A DNA stretch of 55,640 bases, filler included, from Sphacelaria rigidula (GCA_964200075.2; 6 parts of 6 records of this genome joined end to end with filler, not necessarily neighbours in it), one strand, 5' to 3'; shown: positions 25,937 to 37,612, counted from the first letter of the whole stretch. The notes: generated from the sequence alone by a model not told the origin. Numbers and translations: made by a program.

Positions 25937-26932
25937 AATCAGCTGCCCGTCACGGATGTTTTCAAACAAAGTGGGTTCGGGCTACGAGCAAAACCAGAGC
26001 CAAGTTTTTGAATTTGAGAACGCCACCCCTACAAACCCGCTCAGCGGGCAGGTGAACAGCACGCACATAGTTCACATGAACACAGCTACACGCATATAAG
26101 GTCATGAGGTTTCAAGGTTACAAACTGAGCCACCGGGGCGACCGGCATACAGCAGAGACAAACACAAAGAGGACCGACGGAGTATCGAAGTCCAGCCAGC
26201 ACGAGTCAATGTTGAGCACGACGGAAAACACCCACTTTGATCTTTCATCATCCGGTGGTGCCGTGGATGAGATTTTTTTTTCTCGAGATGATGGGCGCAA
26301 AACATACTGTACGATGTAGACTACGAGTCAATGTTGAGCACGACGGAAAACACCCACTTTGATCTTTCATCATCCGGTGGTGCCTTGGATGAGATTTTTT
26401 TTCTCGAGATGATGGGCGCAAAACATACTGTACGATGTAGACTTTACGGTAACACGGTAGTACAATGAAGTGCCAGGGTGCTGCAGCAGGCAAGAGTATT
26501 CACAACACAGGCCGTGGATTTTGCGAACAGTACGACATTACAAGTATGGGCTATGCTTCGCAAACACGACACAGCTGTAGCCTGTACTTGTTATCTTGTA
26601 CTACTCCATTTCCGAGTACAGGCTGTACTTTACCAGGTCACAAGCACGGGCTGTACTTGCGAGCACAACAGTAGGTAGCTGTGCTTCGCCAATACAGTAC
26701 AGTACTTTACCGTTTTCACTGTAGGGTTCGAGGTCACATTCAGATGCACGTTCATGGAAGTGGATGCAGATGCAGAGGATATGACTACTGACTACTGCCT
26801 GCACTACGGTACGACACATGAAGGCTTCACTTTGTTTACTGTGTGTGTGTTACTGCCGTGTACTGCTTGCACTCCGGTACTACGCGTGAAGGCTTCACCT
26901 TGTTTGAAAACATCCGTGACGGGCAGCTGATT
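25937..26932. repeat. Perfect 33-bp inverted repeat pair about 1 kb apart (probable TIR element)
   Basis: AATCAGCTGCCCGTCACGGATGTTTTCAAACAA (25937-25969) is the reverse complement of 26900-26932. No TSD found. Confidence 0.7.
26201..26443. repeat. Near-identical tandem duplication (122 + 121 bp)
   Basis: ACGAGTCAATGTTGAGCACG...TACGATGTAGACT at 26201-26322 and 26323-26443. Confidence 0.9.
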
Positions 26933-27302
26933 TAAACAAGAGCAATGGACTAGAAAAGGTTTACCTTCTCGTTTTTTGCCCAAGAAAGGTACGAAAAATG
27001 GCCCAAAACGCGAAAACAGCCAAACACGCCATTTTGACCGTTTTCGCTACGAATTTTTCACGCACATCATCGGGGGGGCCACTGGCACCCCGGTCTCGAA
27101 AAAAAACGGGAAAAAAACATGTTACTCGAGAGATACGGCCACGCGAAAATGGACGTCTCGCCTTCAGAAACCGCTCACCTTTTGTAGGCCAATTTTCGCC
27201 CAGGTATACCTGATCTAGGAATTATTTTTCAATCGTACCTTATCTGGGCCACCGATCGGCCGAGAAAGTACCCGTGCTAGGCCATCGCTCTCTAAACTGT
27301 AC

Positions 27303-27771
27303 CTGATGCGGCACATCGCGCGCAAGGGAGTCTACGCGCCAACTCCAACCATGGCGCCCGCACCTTCGGCTCTTTTCCCGCTCATTTGTCGTTCACGGAC
27401 GGCACACCGACCACTCACAATTTACAGCACGTCGGTCTCTTGTGATCCAGTGGGTTGTGGAACACTGTTGTACTTTTGTGATCTCGGGGCTGGTGTCAGG
27501 GTCAAGCTAGGCTCTTCCGCCAGCCACCAACGGGCGATTTTCGCATCATCGATGGTTGGTTCAAGCAATGGATGCAGTACTGGTCGTCACGCAAAGAGAA
27601 CTAGAGACAGAACAATAATAGCGGAGAGACTTGAGAACCATTACCGGGGAGAAGGAGGCGTGGTCGGTGTGCCGTCCGTGAACGACAAATGAGCGGGAAA
27701 AGAGCCGAAGGTGCGGGCGTCATGGTTGGAGTTGGCGCGTAGACTCCCTTGCGCGCGATGTGCCGCATCAG
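27303..27771. mobile_element. Long-TIR (fold-back/Mutator-like) non-autonomous element
   Basis: 112-bp arms at 27303-27414 and 27660-27771 are reverse complements with one mismatch. The right arm ends at the contig end, so the TSD cannot be checked. Confidence 0.75.
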
Positions 27772-27871
27772 NNNNNNNNNNNNNNNNNNNNNNNNNNNNN
27801 NNNNNNNNNNNNNNNTTAATTAATTAANNNNNNNNNNNNNNNNNNNNNNNNNNNNNNNNNNNNNNNNNNNN
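27772..27871. other. Artificial contig spacer
   Basis: 44 N + TTAATTAATTAA + 44 N. Confidence 0.99.
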
Positions 27872-28333
27872 AAAAAAAGGGGGAAAAAGTGGGGCGGGAG
27901 AAGCATTTTGTTAAGGGATCTCGCCCGCTTGAGAGGCCCAAACCCCCCCCCCCCCCCCCCCCGTATTCCATCGCCTCCCTGTGCTACACAGTAAATTTTA
28001 CAGCATGCATCGGTAGCAAGGTATGCTTTGATGACGCCATCTAGACCGTCATATAAGATTCAGACGAGTGCGAGTCAAAAGCTGATCCATCAGCTGTCAG
28101 ATCTCAGAGATACCTGTGTCGTCCGATCGTTCGAAAGTTGAAGGTTTCATAAACGCCACGCGTTAGAATCTGGTCATGCATTTCCCCTAGCTCTGGCAAC
28201 CCTGGAACCTCCCCCATTGCTGTGTTAGTATCTAATGAGCTTGGTTGTAGGGCAGGAGTCAGTTAGCTTTAGGGTGTTGTAGATAGCGGACAGACCGTCG
28301 TACTCGCATGTTGAGTACGACAAGCACACATCT

Positions 28334-28582
28334 ATGAAGATGCGTGTCATAAAAAAACGCTGCAATAAAACCATGCTAAAAGCAACAACAGCGAGGCCGG
28401 CGGCTCTGGCAGCTGGATCGGTAGCTGCTGCTGTTCTTTGCGCTCTGGCGCTTCAGTCGTACTGTTTCACGCCGACGGCTACGGCATTTCTCGCGCAGCC
28501 GCCGTTATTTCGTTCTCGGGCAAGATGGGAATCTGCACGAATACAACGTGGCCGTGCTCCATTAACTTGGCGACGAGACGCG
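28334..28582 (+). CDS. DUF1350 family protein, exon 1 (bipartite plastid-targeting presequence)
   Basis: Hydrophobic signal (AALAAGSVAAAVLCALAL), then ATA|FLAQP (ASAFAP-type motif) and an Arg-rich transit peptide. Donor GCG|GTGAGG at 28583, phase 0. The true start may be the ATG at 28340 or 28373. Confidence 0.7.
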
Positions 28583-29269
28583 GTGAGGCCTAGTTGCAGT
28601 CAAGCGGTTGATGTTTGATCTTTTCGCGTCGGAAATGAATGCTGCAGCTGCAGAGTGGATAGTTGTAGTTGCCGTGGATTCAGACAGGTAGGCAACGATG
28701 GTTATACTCTACTACAGTACAGTTGTACTCTTAGACGACATGTACACCGCTCCTGGTTATCCTTAGTCATGGCACTGTCCAACATTCTTATCTTGGACGT
28801 GGATAGTATCGTTCTCTCGTTGATGTAAATAGGGAAGGGTAATGCAGCAACCTTCGACTCGTGGGAGGTGCCAACCGTGTGTTTCTGCGTAGAAGTGTCA
28901 ATCAAGAGTCTTTTTCTTTAGTTGTGATCCAGTGTATCATCATGACCATCATCATGTTCATGACGTTTTCGGTAGACTCCGTCAGGCCAGGTCAGGCAGC
29001 ACGTCCTTGTCCAGGTGGGGGTTGTAGAGTCGTGCTTCACCGTGCTCCTCTTGTTGGCACACCTGTTGTAGTGTAGTCTATAATTCAGGCACCGGTAGTC
29101 GTTCGACAAATGACTGTTACGGAATGAAGGAGAGCTTGTGGGCGACCGGCCGGCTTGAATTCTCTCGTACACGCAAGCTTTGAAATCCTGCTTGTAGAGA
29201 GAAGGCGTCCGCATAAGATGCCCAGTACCAATGTACCGCGCAGATATCGGAACGGCTTTTATTGTGAAG

Positions 29270-29270
<1 letters not shown>

Positions 29271-29333
<63 letters not shown>
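29271..29333. repeat. (CAA)n microsatellite
   Basis: Perfect CAA run. Confidence 0.95.
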
Positions 29334-29334
<1 letters not shown>

Positions 29335-30385
29335 AAGAGTTTATTGAGTTAAAATTGGAGGAAGACACAAATAGAGATAGGGGTAGACCAGGTGGACAGG
29401 AGAAAAAGGTCGCGACCTTTTTTTTTAATAACCCTAACCCTATCCCCACCCCCAACCCAAGGCATACCGAGGACCCTCGGGCAAGGAGTGCTCTACGCAA
29501 ATGTGAGTTGGCAGACCTCTAAAATCGGCGCCTGTATAGACGCTTTTTTTCAGGCAGGCTTGTAAAATCACCTGTACTACAAGCAAATATCCCGGAAATC
29601 ATGAACGACCAACAACATCCCACGTGATCCACAATCACGAATGTCTTCGACGCGTCAATCACGGTAGTAAATCCCGGCAAACACACGGGAGATCGCAGGC
29701 GACCTCACACCCCACGTAGAAAACTGCATATTCATGTGATATCCCCGACACGTCAATTGCGATATAGTAAGACCCGCCGAGTGTAACCGTCAAACCACAT
29801 TATTTTACCGGTATCAACTATTAACAATGCGCCGCTACTGCTGCATCGTGGATCCTGGTATCGAAGATCCTACTGTTGCTACCGCGATAACGGGGCGACA
29901 ACCACTTGTCGGGACTAATGTGGTGTGCACCCTTGCATTTTTGCCCTACTTGGCCGGGAGTTCCCGTCAAGTATATTTTTCCTGTGTCGAGCTCGATTGC
30001 AGCCTCCATAATATATGTCTGTGCTGCTCTGATCACTGTGGTGCAGTACAACTACTCAAGTACTCGCTGATCTATGCAGCTCTAACAGTCGGCAGGTATA
30101 ATATCTTGAAGGCAGTCACAGCGGGGCCGAAAGACTACTGTGTTCATCCTGTGTGGACTAAGCAGACAATGGAATTGTTGTGCTACTGTAAGGTCTCAAA
30201 GTGCTTGGGATCGCATAGGCTTGTTAACGGTATCCATGCGCAAGACAGCATCACACCCGTACGCTAAATAACACCCCTTGGATGCCAGTTCGGGGAAATA
30301 TTTTTTGCTTTTTTTTTCCCCACGAAGCTAACGGCACCTGCTGTGTTACAACGGGATATGTTGTTCATCACCCTCCAGTTCGCCA

Positions 30386-30762
30386 CCGCGCCCTGCTGAT
30401 TTAATGGTCTGACTGTCGCCGTTAGGGTCTGTCACCGCTCGGGTGGAGAGAACGTGGGTTCGATTCCCGATGCGCTGAGTCTTTTTTTCGATCTGATTTA
30501 CACCGTCCAAAGCGTGGTAAACAAAGAAGAGTTGACTGGGTTTGTTTGACGAGAGTTGACGCGGTGCGGAGGTGCTGACCCAATCCGCGAGACCCAAATG
30601 CAAGGCGTGCGCTGGAGAGAGATGGATTTTTTCCCTTGAGACCTCAGACTTTTCTCAAGGAGGGGGGGGCGTACTCATTTGTTGCTTGCCTTCGTCGTTT
30701 GACCATTGACCACGCATCCCTTTCGAGACGGAGCTTTTCTCAAGGAGGGGGGGGGGTTTCAA
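30386..30762 (+). mobile_element. tRNA-derived SINE family B, with a LINE fragment inserted in its tail
   Basis: B-box GGTTCGATTCC at 30457-30467. The body is the reverse complement of 31900-32190. Confidence 0.8.
30670..30733 (-). mobile_element. 5'-truncated poly-C LINE insertion with a TSD
   Basis: Flanked by the direct repeat CTTTTCTCAAGGAGGGGGGGG at 30649-30669 and 30734-30754. Confidence 0.85.
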
Positions 30763-31659
30763 AGTGTGTCGAAATGAAAAAGCAACGACCTCGAGTGATG
30801 AAGTTGTTCGGCACCAGAAACTCATCACCCGCGGGCGTTATACCGTTATGCTGTACTGTGTCAATTACGTTACATCAGCCCTCTTGACAGCAGGTATTTT
30901 GGTCATGTTAAAATGAGTCCTATGTGTGCCAAGGCGAACATTTCCTCGACAGGGTTTGAACGATATGAATGTTCCCGTAGCATTGTATCCCTACACATCC
31001 GCACTCAAAATAGTTTATGCTGAACGACGTGACAAGTTTTCTTCGACCGGACGTGAGTGAATGGGCCATGCTTTTCTGGGCTCTCAATCGTCAATCCCGA
31101 CTTTTTACACCCATCAGTGACATATCACAGCGAGACATTACACAGTACACTTCCTCACCGAGTGAGGGAGTGGGTGTACTCATGATCATGCATGCCATAG
31201 TCATAAGACCATTGATACCTCGAGTGAGGGAGTGGGAGGAAATTGGTAACACAGCATTATTGCTGTGAAGAATTTTTCCGAACCTGCCTGCATGATGACA
31301 ATCTTCAACGAAACACGAATACGGAGTACAGTACTGCGCTGCACTGTACTGTACCGCGCAGTCGATTGCTGATGATGTCTGAATTAGATGAGATGAGCAA
31401 GCCGTCCCTCTGGTTTTGAATGTTGCTGCGCTTTTCTTGCAGTGCCATCAGAGTCATATTCATGGTCTATCCAGTGCGATTCCCACCCGGCTGTGCCTAG
31501 TTGCTCTCTGATTCCCGTTGCTACCGTTACGTACAAACCAGGATCACGGCTTGCACAAATCCGGTTTCCACCCCTTTTATGGAGTATTCTTCGAGTCGGT
31601 CTCGTACCCACGGATTCATTGCTCCCTTCCCGTGCTCGAACGCCATATCCATGGCGCAG

Positions 31660-31839
31660 GGTTCGAGGATAGACGGCGCACCGCAAACAAATGCGGGTGA
31701 GCCGGAGCGAAATCGCCGAGGCGCTGGTCGGTCTGGCACGGCGCTTGAATCGAGCAAGGAGGGGATGGACACTACCCAAGCGGTGGACGCAGAATTCAGT
31801 GACGTTCCGGCGACGGGAGCCAGGGGCGGGAATGTAGAG
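31660..31839 (+). CDS. DUF1350 family protein, exon 2 (low-complexity N-terminal region)
   Basis: Acceptor GCGCAG| and donor GAG|GTGCGT. 180 bp, phase 0/0, reads GSRIDGAPQ..TALESSKEG..GGNVE, and is frame-compatible with exons 1 and 3. Confidence 0.65.
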
Positions 31840-31899
31840 GTGCGTGCACCGGTGGCTGCGGCGATACGTATCGCCCTACAGCATTTGTTTTTTCCCTTA

Positions 31900-32190
31900 C
31901 ACTTTGAACCCCTCCCCTTCCTCGGGATGAGTCCGTGGTCTCAAGGAATCAACCCATCTCTCCCCCGGTACGTGCCTTTCATTCTGGTCTCGCGGATTGG
32001 GTCAACACTCCCGCACCGCGTCAACTCACCTCACACAAACCCAGTCGACAACATTGTTTACTCATGTTCTCACGCCTTCCACGGTGGAAATCATACATTG
32101 CGAAGATGAAACCCATTGCATCGGGAATGGAACCCCCGTTCTCTCCACCCTAATGGCGACAGTCGGACCAGTACACCACCGGGGCGCGGC
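31900..32190 (-). mobile_element. tRNA-derived SINE family B
   Basis: Minus-strand head GCCCCGGTGGTGTACTGGTCC (A-box) and GGTTCCATTCC (B-box). Partial relatives at about 18650-18730 and 44290-44450. Confidence 0.8.
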
Positions 32191-32553
32191 AATAGCATGT
32201 CTTGGGGAATGTCGATTCATGCGCAGACAGGCAGGCTGCTAGGCTGCTGTCGGCGGGAAAGTCATCAGCATCCGTCAATCCAAAATCAACACCATTACTA
32301 TAACCATTTTTTTTTGTCATTACTATTATTATCATTATCGGTATCATCATCATCATCGTCGTCGTCGTCGTCGTCTTCACTATCAGGATTATTTGTTGTT
32401 GTTACTATATTTTCCGCACAGTTGTCCGATCTGTGGAACCCGTGGTCACTGATGTAGGTTCGCCTCTTCAGTACAAAGAAGCGGATATTCATTGTTGCCT
32501 CAGGTACAATCAGGAGGGGTGAGAAGCTGTTACCGTTGGTTCACGGAGTTTAA

Positions 32554-32676
32554 CCCTTTTGGAACCCATTGACGATTTTTGTTTTTGTGAATCGGCATCA
32601 TTTTTTTCAGTCACTTTCAAGACAAATTGATTCCGATTTACAAGACAACAAACATCGTTAATGGGTTCCAAAAGGG
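32554..32676. mobile_element. piggyBac-type MITE (123 bp)
   Basis: TTAA|CCCTTTTGGAACCCATTGACGAT ... ATCGTTAATGGGTTCCAAAAGGG|TTAA. Confidence 0.9.
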
Positions 32677-33731
32677 TTAATCACTCCTTGCAGACAGAAA
32701 AAGAAAAAAATGTAATAACCCGATGACAGCCTACAATGAGTTGTTAATGTGATACGAGGTCAATGGTCTGATGACTATGGCATGCATGATCATGAGTACA
32801 CCCCGTGAAACTGCGGCAGTTACGCGCGCAGATGAGGGTTTGTCTCGTTTGTATCGCAGAGATTTTCCCGTGAAGATAATCTAGGGGCCAATGCGGATGG
32901 GAAAACCTTATCCACCAATAAAAAAAGTACACTATTATAGGCGGGGTTGGTTTCTTACTGCCCATGGTGACATACACCGTAGTCGACGGAACTATGCTGT
33001 GCTGTCATTTCTCCTCTCTCTACGGGTGTATCTTCTTCCCTCCCGATGTGTACAAGGAGCAATTTGGTGCCTCGCTGCTGCAGGGTTTTATGGATGATGA
33101 CAGCTTCGTACACTAAATATTACGGTCGAAATAGATGAGTGACCATCTGTTAACACGTTCGTTTTTTTTTTACAATTGGGTGTGAGTGTGGTATTTGCGC
33201 AAGAGACCGTTCATTTCTAGTTTTCTTGTTTTCCCATTATTTATTTTACTCTTCCCTCTCCCTCCCCCCTTTTTTTCCCTTCCATATTGTCTTTCCCTTG
33301 CCCACAAAATAAAATTCAATCCCAACCAACCATCCAACAACCCATTCCCAATCAACCAACCCAATTAATTAATTAAGTAATTAATTTATACGCGTATATA
33401 AAATCCAACCAACCATCCTCAACCCTCCAACCATCCCTTGTTCAAAAAATGAAATCCAACCATCCATCCTCAACCATCCAACCATCCATCCTCAAACGAT
33501 CTTTAATCAATTAATTATGCTTCCTTAGTCTATTCGGTCTGCTCCACAATTCTGGGTCCTTCACTTTTATTCAGCGAGTGTTTTATATCTTGTTTTTCTC
33601 TCGGGTACGTTTTCATCATGCGACCACGGCTGGATTTCCGGGGGTGTCAGTTGAAATGTGACAATGATCATCAATTATCTCCATCAGGATGAGAGGCTGG
33701 TACAAGAGAAGTACCGTAAGTTTTTACCTTT

Positions 33732-33977
33732 CAAGGGTCGGACTCTAGAAATTACCTGATTTGAGTTTTATTGATTCGTATCGTACGAATCAATCCTTAG
33801 GCTTTGTTCTCTGATGTGCATGCCAGGTACGCGTAGCTCAGGCACGCGGAATGGCGCAAAAATTGCTTGGAGACCTTCTTGATCTGCAGTCAACTTTTTT
33901 TCTCTCTTTTGAGCAATCAGGCCTTGAAAGATCGTAGATTTGGCGATTCGAACCGGCCATGGTTCGTCCGATCCGTA
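33732..33977 (+). mobile_element. hAT-type MITE, copy 2
   Basis: Homologous to 5282-5538. TSD TTACCTTT / CTACCTTT. Confidence 0.8.
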
Positions 33978-34332
33978 CTACCTTTCTAGGACAAAGGGTA
34001 GGTACGAGAGTACTCTCAGGACACCAACATAGTTTTGATATAGTATGTCATATACTGCAGCACCCGCGGTAGAGGCGGAGCCGACATGGACCCTTCTATT
34101 GATAGGATGATGCTCTGCAGGACACTAGATGTTCGCACTTATTTTTATTCTTGATTTTCGCTTTTTTTTTCTCTTGGTATTATCGCAGACGTCACCGAGT
34201 CACCATATGATGAACATGTAGTAAAATCCACGTCATCCGTCTCAACATTTAACATTGACCGTGGCGTTCTGGAATATGACATATATCACCCCAGCCGATG
34301 ATGAGATACTCACCCTCGATTCATCTCTCGTA

Positions 34333-34363
<31 letters not shown>

Positions 34364-34845
34364 TGTAAGGTTTCACGCTGCCACACGTACATCAAATAAA
34401 ACGTTGGATAAAAGGGAGAAGAAAAATATTTACAGTCAATAAAGTAGGTAGTCCGCTTGAGTCCCATTTCCAGTATGACACTCAACGCATCACTTTGTGT
34501 GTGAGTGTATATTGACTTTGTGGACGACTGCTCCAGCAGCTGTAAGTAGGCCCAACTCCTCGCAGTGACCTAAGGGCTGACGAAAAACATCTTGACGAGA
34601 CATTCCCGATGGCATTTTTTTCGTCGACTGTAGAGATTCTCTTAACACCCCACCCCGACCCCCCCGCGCGCACCCCTCCTCAAAGGAAGACGAGATGATG
34701 CCCATGGATTAGGTCGGGGGATTCAAGAAAAAGTCAAAAAATAAATAAAAAAGGAGAAAAAATAGAGCCAAAACTAGTCCCAAGACAGACAGTGGGCAAA
34801 GAAGGACGCTCGAAGGTACACGAGGGATCGAGAGAAGAGAAAAGG

Positions 34846-35380
34846 ATGAAAACATATTTTCATGGCCCAATGGACTACGCGGAAGCGCTGTAACAGCGAT
34901 ATTCGGACGGGGGGCCTGAACGTGCCAGAAAAGAGAGATAGGTATACAAGTAACCGGCTGAAGGAGGAAAGAGACGCACAGAACTGCCCGTATGGTAAAG
35001 CAGCAAAGAGTATAACTCATACATAGTGGGAGACTATGAGCCATACGAGGAGGATCGGGACGTACTAGAGAAGAGGTGGAAAGTATCGTGAACGAATGTG
35101 ACATGCAGAAATCTTGGTATATTATATATAGTAGCGAGAAGAGTATAGCTATACTAGGAGATATATAGTGGCCACAGACGACCAAGCAGGAAGGGGATAT
35201 ATGAGATGTGTGCAGAGATTCTTGCTTAATGTATGGAAAAAGCGGAATGAGCGCCCAAACGTTGGGATTGTCCCTGTCACGAGTAGGAACGGTGCTCCGT
35301 CTCGAAAGGGATGCGTCGTCAACGGTCAAAGGACTAAGGCTACTCGTAGCAACAAGTACGTACCCCCCCACCCCCACCCC
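34846..35380 (+). mobile_element. Decayed LINE ORF2 C-terminus and poly-C 3' end
   Basis: MKTYFHGPMDYA.. through a degenerate Cys/His knuckle region to NVWKKRNERPNVGIVPVTSRNGAPSRKGCVVNGQ, then a C-run. Contains stops and frameshifts. Confidence 0.8.
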
Positions 35381-35520
35381 CCTCGTCTTCATGAGTACAT
35401 CCCCCTCGTCTTCCCCCCCCGCGCGCGGGTGATTCGTTCATACACCCTCCGTACGGTAGGTCCCGTGGGTGATTCCCTCGAGCGTTCCGAGAAACAAACA
35501 CACGCGTGCGCAAATGTGTG

Positions 35521-35556
<36 letters not shown>
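35521..35556. repeat. (ATC)n microsatellite
   Basis: Perfect ATC run. Confidence 0.9.
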
Positions 35557-35558
<2 letters not shown>

Positions 35559-36467
35559 GGCAACGTGTGTTTCTCTATCTCACGACGAACTAACTGTGCT
35601 TGTACAGTACCTACCTCCCTCGTATTTTTTCGTCGAGCGTCAAGCGATCCCTTTTTGTTCATATACAGGCTGGGCCTGGGCCGCCCAAGAAGCTCACTTT
35701 CCTTCAGCCCGTTGTAACTGACGATGTATCGCGAGTTGTGCCCACTATGACACATCCTGGTCATCGGCAAATCACTGCGATCCGACAAGGTCTCATCAAA
35801 CGAAATACAAATTGTAATCAAGTGCAAAAGTGTTGAGAGTCGAGGGTACTATGTGCGGCGGAATTAGCCAAAAGAGAACGGCTGAGTTTGGATTTTCGCG
35901 TACAGTCAGTTTTGTGCCCCGTGGTGCCGCACAAGCTGCGGCACAATTTCCGAGCTCAATACTCGGTCGTTTTCGATGAATTTTTTACATGATGTACAGG
36001 AAGTATGTGCGAACACCCCTTCGTTCCTCCCGTTTTTTTTTTTCCTTTCTTCGTGAGTTATTGGCGACGGAATATTTCAGAACAGTTTTTCGGAACAACA
36101 TCGCCAATAAGTCACTCAGAAAAACGAAAAAAAAACATCGGAGGAAAGGTTCGATATTCGCACATACGTCCTGTGCATCGTATCAAAATTTCATCGAAAG
36201 CGATCCCAAATTGAGCGCAGGAAATGCGTTTCAACATTCCTGGTGGCTTCTTGGGCGGCCCAGCCTGTATCGTATATCCTATCCCTCAGTTATCTTATTT
36301 TAGCTTAGATAAATTCATTTTTTTTCATCTCTTTTTTCCTTCTTCATTGCACGATATATATAGATAGATGCAGTAGACGGACAGAACGATAGATAGGTTT
36401 ACAGATGCAGTAACGTGCATGCGTCTTGCGATCGTGAAACTTTTTTTCCTTCTTTTTTTCGCTCAAG

Positions 36468-36818
36468 GTTCCCGCAGAAAAGGCGCCGGAGGGAGAGCGC
36501 TCGAGGGACAGGCGACGGCGACGGACCGGCGAAGACGGGGAAACAACAGGCAATCGGGGGTCAGGCTCGGGCCGCTTACCCCTCCCATTTTTCGATGTTG
36601 ACACTTTGGGCTTGCGTGGGCGGTGGGAAGAAATGGGGGGCAACTTTTTGCTCAGGCCTCCAAACGGCCAGGCGCCGAAGGCGCTGCTGCACTTCCTCGG
36701 AGGAGCGTTCGTGGGCGCGGCGCCGCACTTGACGTACAATTACTTGCTGAGCGGGTTGGCGGAGATGGGATTTCTGGTCGTGGCAACGCCGTACCCGCTG
36801 GATTTCGACTACTTGACG
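36468..36818 (+). CDS. DUF1350 family protein (alpha/beta-hydrolase-like), exon 3; the gene continues beyond the contig
   Basis: Polypyrimidine tract + AAG| acceptor and ACG|GTGCGA donor. PKALLHFLGGAFVGAAPHLTYNYLLSGLAEMGFLVVATPYPLDFDY is the characteristic N-terminal DUF1350 motif of cyanobacterial and plastid proteins. Confidence 0.88.
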
Positions 36819-36987
36819 GTGCGATTGATTTTTTTCCCACGCCCTGGACAACGACAATACATGGTCAATATATGCCATAGACAAGAATGTTTTGTGTAAA
36901 GTATAGGCCTATTGCAACTATTGACGACCGACAATAGTTGCAATATGACACTTTCGGCGATACATATCCCTCCCCCCCCCCAAAAAA

Positions 36988-37061
36988 AGCTACGTCTCGA
37001 AAGGGATGCGTGGTCAATGGTCAAACGACTAAGGCAAGCAACAAATGAGTATGCCCCCCCC
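36988..37061 (+). mobile_element. 5'-truncated poly-C LINE 3' end
   Basis: GCTACGTCTCGAAAGGGATGCGTGGTCAATGGTCAAACGACTAAGGCAAGCAACAAATGAGTATG followed by a C-run. Confidence 0.8.
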
Positions 37062-37161
37062 NNNNNNNNNNNNNNNNNNNNNNNNNNNNNNNNNNNNNNN
37101 NNNNNTTAATTAATTAANNNNNNNNNNNNNNNNNNNNNNNNNNNNNNNNNNNNNNNNNNNN
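37062..37161. other. Artificial contig spacer
   Basis: 44 N + TTAATTAATTAA + 44 N. Confidence 0.99.
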
Positions 37162-37612
37162 TAGACCAGTATACATACCTTGGCGTAGAGATATCAAAAG
37201 ACTGTTCTTGGGATGCACACATGGACAAAGTGATAGGAAAAGGTAAGGCACTGCAGAGTTGGGAATGTACTCACTCATAACAAACAGATACATGAGGAAA
37301 TTGCGATGGCAGTATGGCGTAAAGAACATGCAAAGAAAGAGATTGCCATCCATAGGTGATAGGGTTGTGTGGAAGAACAGTACGAAAGGGCGTGCTATAA
37401 AATGGGATAAAGAAGTCGAGAAAGTGTGGAAGGAGATAGGAGAAAACCGAGACGGAATGCTGTCCATAGATGAAGACGCGGGGTACAAGGCAAAAGTAAT
37501 AGATATGATAGAAAACAGGGAAGAAAAAGCGCTCAGACGCAAAGTGAACGAGGAAGAGCACCTGGAGGTATACGGGTGGTTGAGATAGGAGATAGGGATG
37601 ATAGCATATTTG
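37162..37612 (+). mobile_element. LINE ORF2 fragment (post-RT region)
   Basis: AELGMYSLITNRYMRKLRWQYGVKNMQRKRLP..EEEHLEVYG. Homologous to 41990-42420. Confidence 0.8.

Noticed and set aside
33365..33376. Linker-identical TTAATTAATTAA outside a gap
   Set aside because: It lies in a natural low-complexity AT/CCAA tract with no N padding, so it is probably chance.
34709..35392. 227-aa hydrophobic minus-strand ORF
   Set aside because: It is the antisense shadow of a purine-rich LINE fragment.
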